Below are positions 31,366 through 47,900 of a stretch of 64,000 nt of DNA, piece after piece; positions within the stretch are counted from its first letter, which is position 1, and every line of letters begins with the position of its first letter. The stretch is from the human T2T-CHM13v2.0 reference genome, Homo sapiens. The stretch lies in the NCBI RefSeq assembly GCF_009914755.1, contig NC_060925.1; one strand, 5' to 3'. The notes beneath the pieces were generated by a model that saw only the letters and a list, made by a program, of their open reading frames with translations, searched no databases and had not been told where the DNA came from. The translations under genes were made by a program, and so were the position numbers.

Positions 31366-32945
31366 GGCATCTGCATGATAGGAAAGAAAGATCTGAAGAG
31401 TGTTAGGAGTGCTGAAGATCTTTCTGCCAATTCTAAGACATGCACAGACCTTTGGTGGAACTCCTCCCCAACAAGGAAAGGCATGGAACCCATGCCCACT
31501 CATGTCAAGACACCACTCCCCATCCCACCCCTAGCATGCACTATTTTCCAAGCACACCATGCTTGGGAGGAATGCTGGTGGCTTTTAATAAAGAGGGCCT
31601 CAGCTGTCAGAGGCAACCGGGCTATGTCTTTCTCAGTCATGAGGCTTTTCAGTTTCATCTGCCAGCTACTTGGTGGTTTGTTTCTGCCAAAGCTGGTCAA
31701 CCACAGAAACAAACACCCACCGCCACCATTGGCAACAGGCACTCCAGGAGGCAGGTGAGAGCCCTCACTGGGGTGGACTCCCCTTGGGTCTGGTAGCAAC
31801 CCTAGCCTCTCTACAGCACCAAAGGACCAAGCTTCCAAATTTCTATGGGCTAAAGTGGGGGTGAAAGAGTGACCCATGCTTTGAGATGCAGAGTGCATGG
31901 CCACATACCCCGAGTGACTTATTCTTCCAGTGGCCAAACACAGTTCCATGATTGTAAGCAATGGGGGAAAGGTTTAGAGGGAAGGGGCCCTGGTTTAAGA
32001 CTTCCAGAGTCAAATGCATGTGAGGGTTGAAGCAAGAGGACACCTGATATGATGCTTCTAAAAGGAAGGGTTAACAATAGACTGGGCAAAGAGGTTCTTC
32101 TCCTAGAAAAATATTCATTCATTTCAGGCAAGTAGTAAAATTCTCCCTAGGGTTACCCAAACCGAATTGAATAAGAGTTTGGTTTTTCAAAAAAACTGCC
32201 TCTTTAATTTGGATTTCATTTGAAAAAGGAGTTAACTTGCTCCAAATTCTGAAAGGACAAAAAAAGAAAAAGAAAAATTATCATTTTAGGATATGATATT
32301 TTAAAATTTTGTCAACCCACTAAGTTGGAGGGTGAGAGAGAAGAGGAGAGAAAAATGTATGGTACTTCAAATCATTTCTTAATAAAAAAAATACATTTTA
32401 CTCCCAGCATTAAGTGAAGAGGAGGAAGGAGTGTACCTACAATTCAGCAGAGAGTGAGCCATTTCATTTTAAGGATCTTCTGGAAATGAGCTTCCAGAAT
32501 AGCTTCATTATATAACTTGAGATGCTGTGAGCTCCCAATAATTTCAATATCCCACAGTCAGCACATGCCCAATTTATAGAGGAAAATTTAGGCTTTGTAA
32601 TCAATTTTTACTTTTCCATGTACTTGTTTCTTTCCTCTGTTAGTGCAGAAATCAAGAGCCATTTACTATTTCAGTCTTGAAGATCCACAAAAAAAAAAAA
32701 AAAAAGGACATTCAAACTCAGAAGCTGGGACAAGCCAAAGAACCGCAGGAGGAGTGCATTATAAGAGGGATGGTGGCAGAGGAAGGAAATGAGGCCTGGG
32801 GGGACATCTGGCAATGGAGGAACAGGGTGGCTAAAGCAGCTCTGGCTCCCCTGGCTCTGGGCTCTGAGACAGCTCCAGTGGCTGTGCCTCTCTTGTACAA
32901 TCAGGTCTTCACCTCAGTGGAGTCCCCACCAAGAGATCCAGATCT

Positions 32946-33158
32946 TTATGGCAGCCATGTTGCCTCCTTTCTTGGGTGTGTCTCTCTGTTCTTGTTGCTT
33001 TTGTCTTTGGTTACTTTCCAGACCAGGATGAGTAGAGTGACCAGAGTCATCAGGGGTGTAAAGAAGAAGAGAACATTTACCAGGCAAGCAGGATTAGATA
33101 TGGCAGTGGTGAGTGTACCCTTGTCCCATAAGAAAGCTGGAAGTTGTGGGGAGGACAT
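32946..33158 (-). CDS. SMIM42: Small integral membrane protein 42 (70 aa, single TM helix)
   Basis: ATG at 33158 to TAA at 32946 encodes MSSPQLPAFLWDKGTLTTAISNPACLVNVLFFFTPLMTLVTLLILVWKVTKDKSNKNRETHPRKEATWLP, with a hydrophobic helix followed by a basic stop-transfer. Matches my recollection of SMIM42 at 1q23.1. Confidence 0.8.
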   Translation of the reverse strand: MSSPQLPAFLWDKGTLTTAISNPACLVNVLFFFTPLMTLVTLLILVWKVTKDKSNKNRETHPRKEATWLP

Positions 33159-33806
33159 AAGCTTCCAAAAAGAGCTGAGATAGGTACGTGGTGCAAGCCG
33201 ACTGCCCACACCACCAAGAGAATTGGGCTTGCTCTTGTTGTATCCTAGGAGTGGATATGGTACAGCGACCAAACATCTACTGATTCCATTCTTCACATGG
33301 GGCTATTCTCCTTTGGATGTAATGGAGAAGGCATAGACGTGTGCTCAGCAAGGCCAAACAACTGCTTCCAATACAAACACAGATGATAGTTCCGTTAGCA
33401 AAACTTCTGCGTGGTCGGTGGGGCTTCTGAGGCTTTGTGATGTCACTGGAGGGTGAGACTAGGGCCTGAGCCAAAGGTTCCAGGCTGGAAACCTGTGCTC
33501 TCTGAGCACCATCTCCCCTCACGTATGGCCTCCAGATTGAAAAGGGGGTTCCCCAGTTGCCTGTGATGATGCCCCTTCAGTTCTCTTTTATTCTTTTTTT
33601 TTGTCCTCTTTTTAAAAACCTTTTGGATTTTAAAATAATTTTAGACATACAGGAAGTTGCAAAGATACTTAAAAAAGGTCCTGTGTACTCTTCACTTAAT
33701 ATTGCCCTATAGTACACAATCAAAACCAGTGAATTGACATTGGTACAATGTGTAGTCTATGCCGTTTTATCATACCTGTAGATTCTTGCAGCCACCGCTG
33801 CAATCA

Positions 33807-34136
<330 letters not shown>

Positions 34137-34355
34137 GATCAGCTGATGTCCATATTCTATCACTTCAATACAAAAGTAGAAACCTTACCTTCTTGTAAGT
34201 CCCTTGTTTTTTCCACTTATGATATAATTGTATTAAATATTTCATCTATATATATTGAGATCCACATTCAGGCCATGTTATACTTTTTTCTTCAGCCATC
34301 AAACAATTTAGAAAACTTAAGAAGATAAGGAAGTCTGTGTATTTACACAATTTAA

Positions 34356-34751
<396 letters not shown>

Positions 34752-36227
34752 TGAACTCATCCAATGGATTTTTTTTACTTTGGTGGTTATATTTTTCAGT
34801 TCTAAAATTTCCATTTAGCTTCTATTCAATAAGATTTTCTATTTTTTGTGCCAAGAGTATTCATATCTTTGTCAGATAATTCCAATATCTGTGTCATCTC
34901 GGTGTTGCCATCTGCTGATTTTTTTTTTTCATTCAAGTTGAGATTTTCCTGGTTCTTGGTGTGATGTGTGATTTTTTAATTGTACACTGGACATTTTGGG
35001 TGTTATGAGACTCTGGATCTTACTTAAATCTTCTGTTTTAGCAGGCTTCCTCTGACACCATGCCTGTTAAGGGAGGGAGTTTCATTTTGCTAATGCCAAG
35101 CAAGGGTGAAGGTCCAGGTTCTCCACTCAGCCTCCTTTGACTACCCAGAGTGGAGAAAAAGGTGCTTTACTGGTGGATATGGGATTCCAGACTTCCCAGA
35201 TGGCCTCCTCTGACTTCATCCTGGCAGAGTTGGAAGGGTGCCTTGTTACTGCTGCTGGATAGAGAGCTCGTTACCTCTGGATAGGGATGAAAGTCCCAGC
35301 TCCCCACTCCATATTCTCTGATAACACCCTGGTGAGGGGTGGAGTCTGGGGAGGGTACCTCCTTACAGCTAATTAAAGGTGGAAGTTTAGGCTCCCCACT
35401 TGGCCTTTGCTAACGGGGTGGTGGTAGGGCTGTGATATTTTTCCATGGTGTTTGGCTAGAGTAGGAAAGTTATTCTCTAAAAGTTTCTGCCTTGCTGAAT
35501 TGCCTTCCTAGTGCTTTGGCTAAAGAGAACAAGCAGGCTTTTCTTGGGACCTTATTTTGTGCATGCTCTTTGGCATTTCTGGGCTGCTTCTCTAGCACCT
35601 AGTTCAGGATTTGCAAGGCAAAAAGAAAATCCACAAACTCACTGCCATTCAATTCTTGGGTTCCAAAATCAAGGTTCCAAGGTTGCTAGTCAGTCTGCTT
35701 CTTTTTCTGCACCTTTCTGTCTTTTTATGTTAGTTTTATATATAATGTCCAAGGGCTTTAGCTGTGTTTAGTTTAGCAGGAGGAATGGGAAGAAGTGAAT
35801 CTACTCCAAGTGCATCCACTCTTCTTTGTGTAGAACCCCTTGGTGCTATACCAAGGGTCAGGCAAATGATGGCAGTGTGGGAGTTACAGGAATTGAAGTC
35901 CAAGGACTCAGATCAGAGTCTGGGCACTAGTACTTTACATGCTAGTGACCTTGGTTAGGTCATTTAGTGTCTCTGAGCCTCCATTTACTCATCTGAAATG
36001 GAATTATAGTGATAATACCAAATTTATAGGTTTTTATGAGAATAAAATGAGCTGATAAATGCATAATAACTTTCAAACCATAAAATTCCATACAAGTGTA
36101 AGTTATTTTAAATACGATCTAGGATGGAGGTGAAGGGAAGTGAACAGGGGGTTTCTGGAAAAAATAAGGTAGTTCAACTTTTCTCAAGTCAGTTCTCTCA
36201 CTCTCTTATAAACATGCAAAGATCTAT

Positions 36228-36661
36228 AAGTAAATTGCCCCCCACCCCCAGTTCCAAGGTATCTATGTCAATTCCCTAGAGCATGGGAATGTCAAAAGAT
36301 GTGATTAAATTAAGGATCTCGAGAGGAGAAGTTTATCCTGGATGATCCAAGTGGGGCCTAAATATAATCACATATATCCTTCTAAGAGAAAGGAGAAAGG
36401 AGTTTTGAGAGAGACAGAACACAAAGGAGAAGGAGACAGAGCAGAGAGAGAGACACGGCCACAAGCCAAGGAATGACAACAGTCACCAAAAACTGGGAGG
36501 GGCAAGGAGTGGATCCTCCCCTATAGCCTCTGGAGGGAGCCTGGTATTTATATCTTGATTTCAGACTTTTAGCCTTCAGAGCTGTGAGAGAATGAATTTC
36601 TGTTGCCTTGAACCACCAAATTTGTGGTAATCTATTATGGCAGCCCCAGGAAGTTAATACG
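36228..36661 (+). mobile_element. MaLR LTR (MLT1B/C-like)
   Basis: gatgtgattaaattaaggatctcgag...ccacaagccaaggaat...tttgtggtaatctattatggcagccccaggaagttaatac. Confidence 0.8.
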
Positions 36662-36767
36662 GGAACCTTAGAGAGGTCATCTATTCCCACGCCTTCACCT
36701 AATAGATGAGGAAACTGAGGCATAAAGAAGGGAAGTGACTAAAGTCACACAATTTTTGGCACACTAA

Positions 36768-37064
36768 CAGGGTCTTGCTCTGTTGCCCAGGCTGGAGTGC
36801 AGTGGCATGGCCTCAACCTTCTAGGTTCAGTTGATCCTCCCACCTCAGCTTCCCTTGTAGGTGGGACTACAGGTGCATGCCACCATACCTACAGCTAGCA
36901 CCACCACACCCAGCTGTTTTTGTTTTGTTTTGTTTTGTATTTTTTGCAGAGACAGAGTTTCACCATGTTGCCCAGGCTGTTCTCAAACTCCTGGGCTCAA
37001 GCTATCTGCCCACTTCAGCCTCCCAAAGTGTTGGTATTACAGGCATTAGCCACTGTGCCCAGCC
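36768..37064 (-). mobile_element. AluJ
   Basis: Diverged Alu dimer lacking a tail. Confidence 0.85.
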
Positions 37065-37069
37065 TGTGT

Positions 37070-38281
37070 CTTCTTTTTAAAACATCTTTATTGAGATATA
37101 TAATTCACATACCACACAATTCACTCATTTGAAGTGTACAATTCGATGTTTTTTTATTATATCCAGGGGATTATTAAAACATCGCTATAATCTTATTTTG
37201 GAATATTTTCACCACCTACCCCAAGAAACCCCATACTTGTCAGCAGTTTTGTCTGAGTCCTTTCTGGTTCCCTGTTTCAGGCATATTGGTTTCTTCTCCC
37301 CAACCAGACTTGGCTTCACAGTGCCTTGTCTTTTGTATTCCTCTCTCATTGCCTAGTCAGCTGCTTCCCATGAGGCCATGGTTTGACTGGTTGCCCCAAA
37401 CTCCCTTGACACGAGGAGTTCATCATTCTTTCTGGCTGGCACTGAAGATTCTTTGATGGGGCTCTGGCCCTGGTAGTTGGACTGCTGACCTGTGGGAAAA
37501 CCCCACAACACATCATCCGCTGAACCAACCCTCAAAGGCATCAAGGTTGACTTGTTCTTCATTTATGTCTAAAGAGAAAGAGTCTGGAAACTGAGTCACA
37601 CTGAAGGGCCAGACAGCTTTGGCTCCCTCTAGTATCTTCAGAGCAAGCTCCACTGGCTCACCTACCACTCCACTGAGGAAAAGTTGACCACTGGTGAGGG
37701 CTGGCTGGCACCTCTGGATGACCTAGAGGGCTGTATCTGGAAGCCTAAGTAGAAAAAAAGAAATAGAACATGCCATTGGGGGAACACTTTCTCTACATTG
37801 CTGGTGTTTTCTTTCTTAGGGCAGAAACCCTATTAAACAAACACTCCTGGCCTCTCTAGGCTCTGGCTGTCACTCTTGGCCCCAGGATGCAGAAAGCACC
37901 CCATGCACCTGCTGCTTTCTGTACATTTCCCAGGGCTATGTCCCCAGGAGTGAGAGACCTGTGTTTTCCATCGATAATTATGTTGGGTGGTGAGTCAGTC
38001 CACCATGTTTTTTTTCAATCAGTTATAAAGGTGAGTTTTGCTATCTGCCTCATTTCTTTGTCTCCGCTGGTCCAAAACTTGGATGAGAAAAAGAGACACG
38101 TTTTATATTAAGGTGGAAAATGGAGACATTACGTACCAACCACTTAAACCTCAAATACCTGAGTCCTCCATGGACTCTGAACCAGGCCCTGAGTTTTCTC
38201 ACCTTGATGATGGCAACAGAGTTCCAAGAGCGTCCCAGCTTCCAGTGTCTCTCATCCCTTGAGAGCATTTAATTTACATTT
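37070..38281 (-). ncRNA. Candidate spliced minus-strand transcript (exons 38281-38203, 37744-37662, 37568 to ~37070)
   Basis: Strong acceptors (tctcttctcttccacattag, tctttttttctacttag, ctctttctctttag), GTGAG donors at 38202 and 37661, and a terminal AATAAA. I recall a lncRNA (LINC01704) annotated around here but cannot verify that from the sequence. Confidence 0.4.
37073..37247 (-). mobile_element. L1MB-like 3' end
   Basis: tttattgagatatataattcacatacc...aagtgtacaattc...aagaaaccccatac. Carries a minus-strand AATAAA at 37087-37092. Confidence 0.75.
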
Positions 38282-38398
38282 CTAATGTGGAAGAGAAGAG
38301 ATTAAAGTTTACCGAACCTCCACTAAGATGATTTCCTAGGTGCTTTGACATGGTGTTTTATTTATAACAACAACTCTGAGAGATAGTAACAGCAATAA

Positions 38399-39062
<664 letters not shown>

Positions 39063-39309
39063 GCATTATTTCTTTTCTTACGCTAGCTACTGGGCTGTTA
39101 TACCTGCATCAGCTCGCTTTGTCCTTTTGGCTAATTGAGGCTCAATGAGACTGAGTAATTTGCTCAAGTTCATGCAGAAATTAGTGCTAGAATCAAGAAT
39201 TTAATTTATGATTAAAAAAATTTTTCCAGCACAGTGCTTTTTTTATTCTCATGCTTCTTCTGTTGTAGTACTGTTCATGTATCTCTGAGAAATCTAGAGT
39301 CATTAGCTT

Positions 39310-39550
39310 TTTTCTAATTTTTATTTAAAAAATTTTTAAAGTAAAAATAATATATTTTTAAGGTATGCAACATAGTTTTTTTATATACATAGTGAAATGA
39401 GTACCACCGTCAAACAAATTAACATGTCCACTTCCTCACATACTTATCTTTCCTTTTTTTTTTTTTTAAGTGGTAAGAGCCCATGAAATCTACTCTCTTA
39501 GCAATTTCCCAGTTTATAGTACAGTATTATTAATTATCACCAATGTATAT
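39310..39550 (-). mobile_element. L1MA-like 3' fragment
   Basis: caaacaaattaacatgtcc...aaatctactctcttagcaattt. Confidence 0.7.
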
Positions 39551-39577
39551 CTTGTGCCATTGCAAACTCATTCTTAG

Positions 39578-40107
<530 letters not shown>

Positions 40108-40681
40108 GAAGAAGTCAATGAAGACTGAGAAGGTGCTACTTTCTGATCACCCTAAGTCAATGTTCTCCCAGTCCACAAGGCTGTTCATTTGTTCTTTCAT
40201 TAATTCATTAATTTATTTATCCCAAAACATGTATTGAGCTTGCTTTTTTAAAAAAATTAATTAATTAATTTTTTTTGTTGTTGTTGTTGCCAAGGAGAAA
40301 GAGCCAGGAGCTCTGGAAGAAGCAATGATAAATCAGAGGTGAAATTTTGGGGAGCTTACATAATAGTATATGGCTGGGTTGTCAGGTTGAGGCAGGGATG
40401 ATATCATCATCCTTCACTAGTGTAGGAACACTTGAGGATTAAGGCAGGCAAACAAATATGTAATGAATGCTACATTTTAAAAATTATTGCCAGCTGCGTG
40501 TACATTATCTCACTTAATGTCCAGCGTGTCCCTCCTTCTGGCTGTGTTCTGGGTCCCATCCCTTTGGCCTAAGGGATTCTTGCTTTCTCTCTTTCAGAGT
40601 CTCTTTCTCTCTCTCTTTCTCTCTTTCCTATGTTTGTAATGTCTTTCTTTCTGATAGCTCTTTCTCCTCAGCATAGAAATG

Positions 40682-41942
40682 TTTATTTATTTATTTATAT
40701 ATAAATTTTTATGATACTTTAAGTTTTGGGGTACATGTGCACAACGTGCACGTTTGTTGCATATGTATACATGTGCCATGTTGGTGTGCTGCACCCAGTA
40801 ACTCGTCATTTAACATTAGGTATATCTCCTAATGCTATCCCTCCCCCCTCCCCCCACCCCACAACAGGCCCTGGTGTGTGATGTTCCCCTTCCTGTGTCC
40901 AAGTGTTCTCATTGTTTAATTCCTACCTATGAGTGAGAACATGCGGTGTTTGGTTTTTTGTCCTTGTGATAGTTTGCTGAGAATGATGGTTTCCAGTTTC
41001 ATCCATGTCCCTACAAAGGACATGAACTCATCATTTTTTATGGCTGCATAGTATTCCATGGTGTATATGTGCCACATTTTCTTAATCCAGTCTATCATTG
41101 TTGGACATTTGGGTTGGTTCCAAGTCTTTGCTATTGCGAATAGTGCCTCAATAAACATACGTGTGCATGTGTCTTTATAGTAGCATGATTTATAATCCTC
41201 TGGGTATATACCCAGTAATGGGATGGCTGGGTCAAATGGTATTTCTAGTTCTAGATCCCTGAGGAATCGCCACACTGTCTTCCACAATGGTTGAACTAGT
41301 TTACAGTCCCACCAACAGTGTAAAAGTGTTCCTATTTCTCCACATCCTCTCCAGCACCTGTTGTTTCCTGACTTTTTAATGATTGCCATTCTAACTGGTG
41401 TGAGATGGTATCTCACTGTGGTTTTGATTTGCATTTCTCTGATGGCCAGTGATGATGAGCACTTTTTCATGTGTCTGTTGGCTGCATAAATGTCTTCTTT
41501 TGAGAAGTGTCTGTTCATATCCTTCGCCCACTTGTTGATGGGGTTGTTTGTTTTTTTCTTGTAAATTTGTTTGAGTTCATTGTAGATTCTGGATATTAGC
41601 CCTTTGTCAGATGAGTAGATTGCAAAAATTTTCTCCCATTCTGTAGGTTGCCTGTTCACTCCGATGGTAATTTCTTTTGCTGTGCAGAAGCTCTTTAGTT
41701 TAATTAGATCCCAATTGTCAATTTTGGCTTTTGTTGCCATTGCTTTTGGTGTTTTAGACATGAAGTCCTTGCCCATGCCTATGTCCTGAATGGTATTGCC
41801 TAGGTTTTCTTCTAGGGTTTTTATGGTTTTAGGTCTAATATTTAAGTCTTTAATCCATCTTGAATTAATTTTTGTATAAGGTATAAGGAAGGAATCTAGT
41901 TTCAGCTTTCTACATATGGCTAGCCAGCTTTCCCAGCACCTT
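40682..41942 (-). mobile_element. 5'-truncated L1PA (approx. L1PA3-5), ORF2 C-terminus plus 3'UTR
   Basis: ORF 40916-41776 encodes the L1 ORF2p C-terminus ([20 protein letters not shown]...KHRMFSLIG). Primate L1 3'UTR with the polypurine tract. Confidence 0.96.
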
Positions 41943-41994
41943 TATTGTAATAATATTTTTGAGCACTTACTATATGCCAGGCAGAGATACCATA

Positions 41995-42502
41995 TGTGGT
42001 TAGTTGAGTAATAACCCCCCAAAGATGTCCACATCCTAGTCCCCAGAATCTGTGAATAAGTTATCTCATATAATAAAAGGGACTCTGCTGATATGATTAG
42101 GGATCCTGAAATGAGGAGACTGTCCTGGATTATTTGGGTAGGCCCAATGAATTCACAAGGGTTCTTAAAAAAAATCAGACATAAAGCAATGTGACAACAG
42201 AAGCAGAGAGAGGGAAGGGGTAGTGGGAGAGAGAGAGACAGACAGAGAGAGAGAGATTGGAAAATGGTAAACTGCTGGCTTTGAAGACTGATGAAGGGAT
42301 GCAAACCAAGGAATATAAGAAGACTCTAGAAGCTAGAAAAAGAAAGGAAATAGATTCTCCCCTAGAGTCTCCCCGAGAAATGCATCCCTGCCAACCCATT
42401 TTAGAACTCCTGATCTCCAGAACCATAAGGCAGTAAATTTGTATTATTTTAAGTCAATAAGTTTGTAATAATTTGTTACAGCAGCAATAGGAAACTAATA
42501 CA
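41995..42502 (+). mobile_element. MaLR LTR MLT1D-like
   Basis: TG...CA termini, cccaaagatgtccacatcctagtccccagaatctgtgaat. TSD ccat(a/g). Confidence 0.85.
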
Positions 42503-42507
42503 CCATG

Positions 42508-44195
42508 CTAAGTCTCTCTTATTTAAAAACCAAACCAAACCAAACCAAAACACTGAACAACAACTCCCTTGCTCCTGTGTTCTCTCCTACTTTCCATCAA
42601 AGCCAAGCTTCCTGAAAAGTGCTGCCTCCATCCCCTCCCTTCCACATGCTCTGAAACCCACTTTGATTTTTCTTCCATCCTCACCACTCAATTTTTCCCA
42701 GGGCCAACAACAAACAACTTCATCCCATATATAAGAGCACTTTCCAATTCTACCTTGACATAGCAGAATTGATCAATTCCTCATTCTCTAAACCTCTTTC
42801 TCCTCTTCGCTTCAGGGGTGGCATGCCCACACAATTTTTCTCCTATTTCAGCTCCTCCTCTGCCTCCTGCCTCCAGTTCTCCTTCTGTGTGTTTGGTGTT
42901 TCCCTAGTGTCCACCCTCAGTCTTTTTCACTTTTGAGATCCTCTCTGGGTTATCTCGCCCATTCTCATGATCTCAATGACAGCCTATGTTCCAATGGCTC
43001 TCTAACATATATCTCTACTCAGATTTCACTCCTAACTCCAGACTCATATAGGGAACTTCCCATTGTCTTGTCTAGTTGAATCTTCCCACAAGCATCTGTA
43101 ACCCATCACACCCAAACCCACCCTGATTATCTTCTCATTCAAATCTGCTTCTCCTCCATACCCTACCTCTAAAACAAAGAACCTGGGATTCATGACTGCT
43201 CTTTCTTCGTGACTCTCTGCACTGATTCAATTTCAATGTCCTGTCAATTCCACTTCTGAGACACCCCCCATACCCATCTCTTCCTCCTTATCCTCATTGC
43301 TTCTACCTTAGTTCAAGCTTTCACTTCCTGGTCCTCATCAGTTCTTGCCTGGGTCACCACAACAGTTTACCAATGGTCTTCTTACTTCTAGTAGTCTTAT
43401 TCTGTTATCATCCATACTATTCAATGTTAATGGAATAATACACATAAATAAGTCAGGCCACTTCTCTCCTCAAAATCCATCATTTGGGTCCCTGTTGCCT
43501 TTAATATAAGTCCAGATGCCACCACAGGGCTTATAAACTCTACATTCATGACATGCTTTTCTGTCCACTGCCTAGTCTGTTTTCCTGTCCTTCTTTCTCG
43601 GGCATCTTATATTCCTTTACAAAAGACACTTTACATCAATAGCAAGTTCCAGGTAATGAAGTGGTGAAGAGCAGTGACTCTGGACTCAAACTTTCTGGTT
43701 TGAGTCTTGGCTTCATCACTTGTTAAGAAAACTGCAAGTTTGTTCAATTTATGTAGTTAGCCCTTCCACGCCTCAGTTTCCTCATATATGAAAGGGGGCA
43801 TAGGCCCTATTTCAAAGATTTGTGGTTGAGCTCTTAATGTAGCACCCATCCCAGGATAAGTGCTCAGCAAGGGCTTATGTCTATGATCGCCTGGCTTCTG
43901 TACCTGGTGTTCACTCTGTCTGCAATTCTGCATCACCTCCCTCCACCCTTCTCTGCTCGGTCACCCCAACTTTAAGACTAAGCCAGTGTTGTTTTCCTTG
44001 GGAAGCTTCCCCTGACCTCCTCCACTTTCTGGCCATAAATGTATAACCCTATCATAGTGCTTAGTGCTGAAACTGTTTCCGTCTTCTCACTAGATCGTGA
44101 GCAACTTGAGAGCAGGAATTAAATCTTTAAGTATCCACAGAAACTTGCATATAAATATTCCTCACTATATATTCATTGGGTGAACAGATGAGTGC
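42508..44195 (+). mobile_element. Long L2 fragment with an embedded MIR (~43650-43875)
   Basis: Degenerate L2 3' region ending ...cactagatcgtgagcaacttgagagcagg...tgaacagatgagtg. Confidence 0.6.
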
Positions 44196-44692
44196 AATAT
44201 TCTAGATTAATTAATGTTTTATTTAATCCTGGAACTTTTTTTTTTAGACAAAAATGCTGCCCCTATTTTAAAGAACAAAATAGATAACCCAGGGTAGATA
44301 ATATGGGGAGAATTTTATGTCTGGAGCTACTTCCTGGGAATGATATTCTGTTTCACCCCAGGGTTCTGAAGGCCAAGAGGCATTTTTTTTCTGGGGCACA
44401 ACTGTTGCTTTCTGTTCCATTGTGGAGGTGTGGAGAAGAAGAGAAAGAGAAGGAATGACAGGCCCTAGCCCCTGAGAACTCTACCTTAGTGTCCAAGCAT
44501 AGGAATATCCTTACTTTGGGGAAGTTTTCATCACTCACTGTGTCCCTAGTAGCATGAAGGGCCCCAGCTGGATGTACATTAAAGCCCTCTCAGCCCTTCC
44601 AGGTCAGTTAATATTAATAGTATTTTGTTGAACAAATAAATGGTGGAATGTTGCATCCAAAGGCTGTTGTGTAGTAGTAGAAGAAGCCATAA

Positions 44693-45048
<356 letters not shown>

Positions 45049-45831
45049 GAGTCAGGCTTTTAATTAACCAAGAAAAGCCTTGTGAGGAATGGAGCAAAAA
45101 GTTCAGGATAATACACCATCCTTAGCTGTCTCATAGTTTTCTCTTTTGCAAGCCTTTACAGGATGGGGTTGACCAAATAAATCTGATTTATAGAAGTGCA
45201 GATTCAAACATAGCCCTTGAGATATTCAAATATTTTTCTGCAAACATAATCTGATATGTGCAGCAGGAATAAAGGGCAGTGGCTCTCGAGGAGGAGGGAG
45301 CTGCAGGGATGGTGGTGTTATCAATAGGAGTCCAGGCTTTTTCCAAACACACACAAGCTCCCTCTTCCTCAAAACCATAAAAAAAATTCGTTCACAAGTT
45401 TAGTCAACTAATATTGTGTGCCTTTTGTACACAAGGTATTTTGGGTGCAAACATGAACAAAACGGGCTCACACTGTCTCAGCCCTCACGGGGCTTAGTCT
45501 AGTCTGGGAAGACAGACTAATTTGAAACATAATTGGGAAGCGCTGTGATGAGGAAGGCACAGGGAGCTTTGGAAGCAGAAGATTAGTCTCCTACCTTAGG
45601 CCTGGCAGTGTCTGGACTCCTTCCTGATAGTGGTGCTATCTACACTGAGACCTAAAGAATGAGGAGGAGCTAGCCACAGAAAGATGGGGAAAAGAGAGAA
45701 AGGGTTGAGGTGAGTGACAGGTGTGCTGGGCAAAGGAAACAGCATCTGTGTAGCAGAATGTTATGTATCTGGAACCCTGGAATTGTCAATTATGACCTCA
45801 AACTGAGGACAAACAGGAGCATTCACATAAC

Positions 45832-46752
<921 letters not shown>

Positions 46753-46859
46753 GTCACCCCCCACCAACCCAGATATCCCTCTTAGCAAAGCTAGTGCATT
46801 TCGTACGTCCACAGACTTCCCCAGATCTGGAGGTAGAGGTTTGCCTTGTCAGGCCGATG

Positions 46860-47900
46860 TGACACCTTCACTGACACAATCTTGGTGCAACATCACTGAG
46901 TGAGCCAGAGTACATTTTATTAGGCCCAGGAGTATTATAACCACAAGCAGGGTGGCTGTACCTGCCTGAGCAGTGACCTACCCAAGGTTCCAGTGATCCA
47001 GATAAGAATTCATTAAAGAGGCCAAAGAAGGATTCTTCAGTTGTCCCCACTGTCTGCAGCAAGGTGGGGCTGCATTCGGATCTCCCCTACCTGTGTCTCC
47101 ACAATAACTATCTATCTATCTATCTATCTATCTAGAGCAGGAAGTGTTGGCAATGACATTCCTCCTGACTGGTCTGAAAGGAAGCCTAGAAGAATTCTGT
47201 TGTCCAAAACAACTTTCTTGAATAAGTTGAAGGATATCTGCTGGGCTGCTATGGCAGGGGCGGGGGCAGGGGCAGGGTCAGTGGAAGAAACAATATCTTT
47301 CATGGTCAGGGACAGATTTTTTTTTTTTTTCAGCTCTGACTCCTATGTATGGTACCAAAGCTCTCATAAAGGACATAATTCCAGAGTCAGCTCCTCCTCC
47401 TAGCAGGTCCCTAGGTAGCCTGGTGTACAAGTTTAGGCTGCTGGCCCAACAGTTCATCTCACCCCAAGGAGTGCTGTCTAGGGGCAACTCCAGCAGGCCC
47501 AATGTATGGAATCCCCTCATCCATCAGCTTTTCAGGCATGACATTGCCCCTCCCATATTTGGGTCACCTCCAGCTGCCCTCAGAGAAAGATGTAGCCCTC
47601 GGGTGCACACAGCATCCATTCCCGTTTCATTGTTCAGTGACCTGTTCATAGTACGTAGGCATTGGCATGCACCAGCTAGGCCTCATTAATCACATAGTTG
47701 TATGAGCTGAGTTCTCCCATTCGATATTGCTCATGAAGCCCTACACAAAGGACTAGCATTTGTTCAGTCCTTGTTTTTGTCATCACTGCTGGGACATTTC
47801 TGATCCAAGTAGTCAAAGGACTATGTTGCGTCAAAGCAGCAGCCCACCAAGGTTTTGTTAGATGTGGTTGTGACACTTTGAGTCAGTTAAGTTGTAACAG
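46860..47900 (-). pseudogene. Retroviral env remnant (gamma-type TM subunit)
   Basis: The minus frame from 47255 reads AIAAQQISFNLFKKVVLDNRILLGFLSDQSGG, then IANTSC (heptad, ISD and CX6CC relic). TM-like TLLVVIILLGLIKC at ~46905-46960. Confidence 0.8.
47109..47134 (+). repeat. (TATC)n microsatellite
   Basis: tatctatctatctatctatctatcta. Confidence 0.9.

Noticed and set aside
40916-41776. 286-aa ORF as a host gene or active L1
   Set aside because: Only the ORF2p C-terminus of a 5'-truncated L1PA; no promoter, ORF1, EN or RT core.
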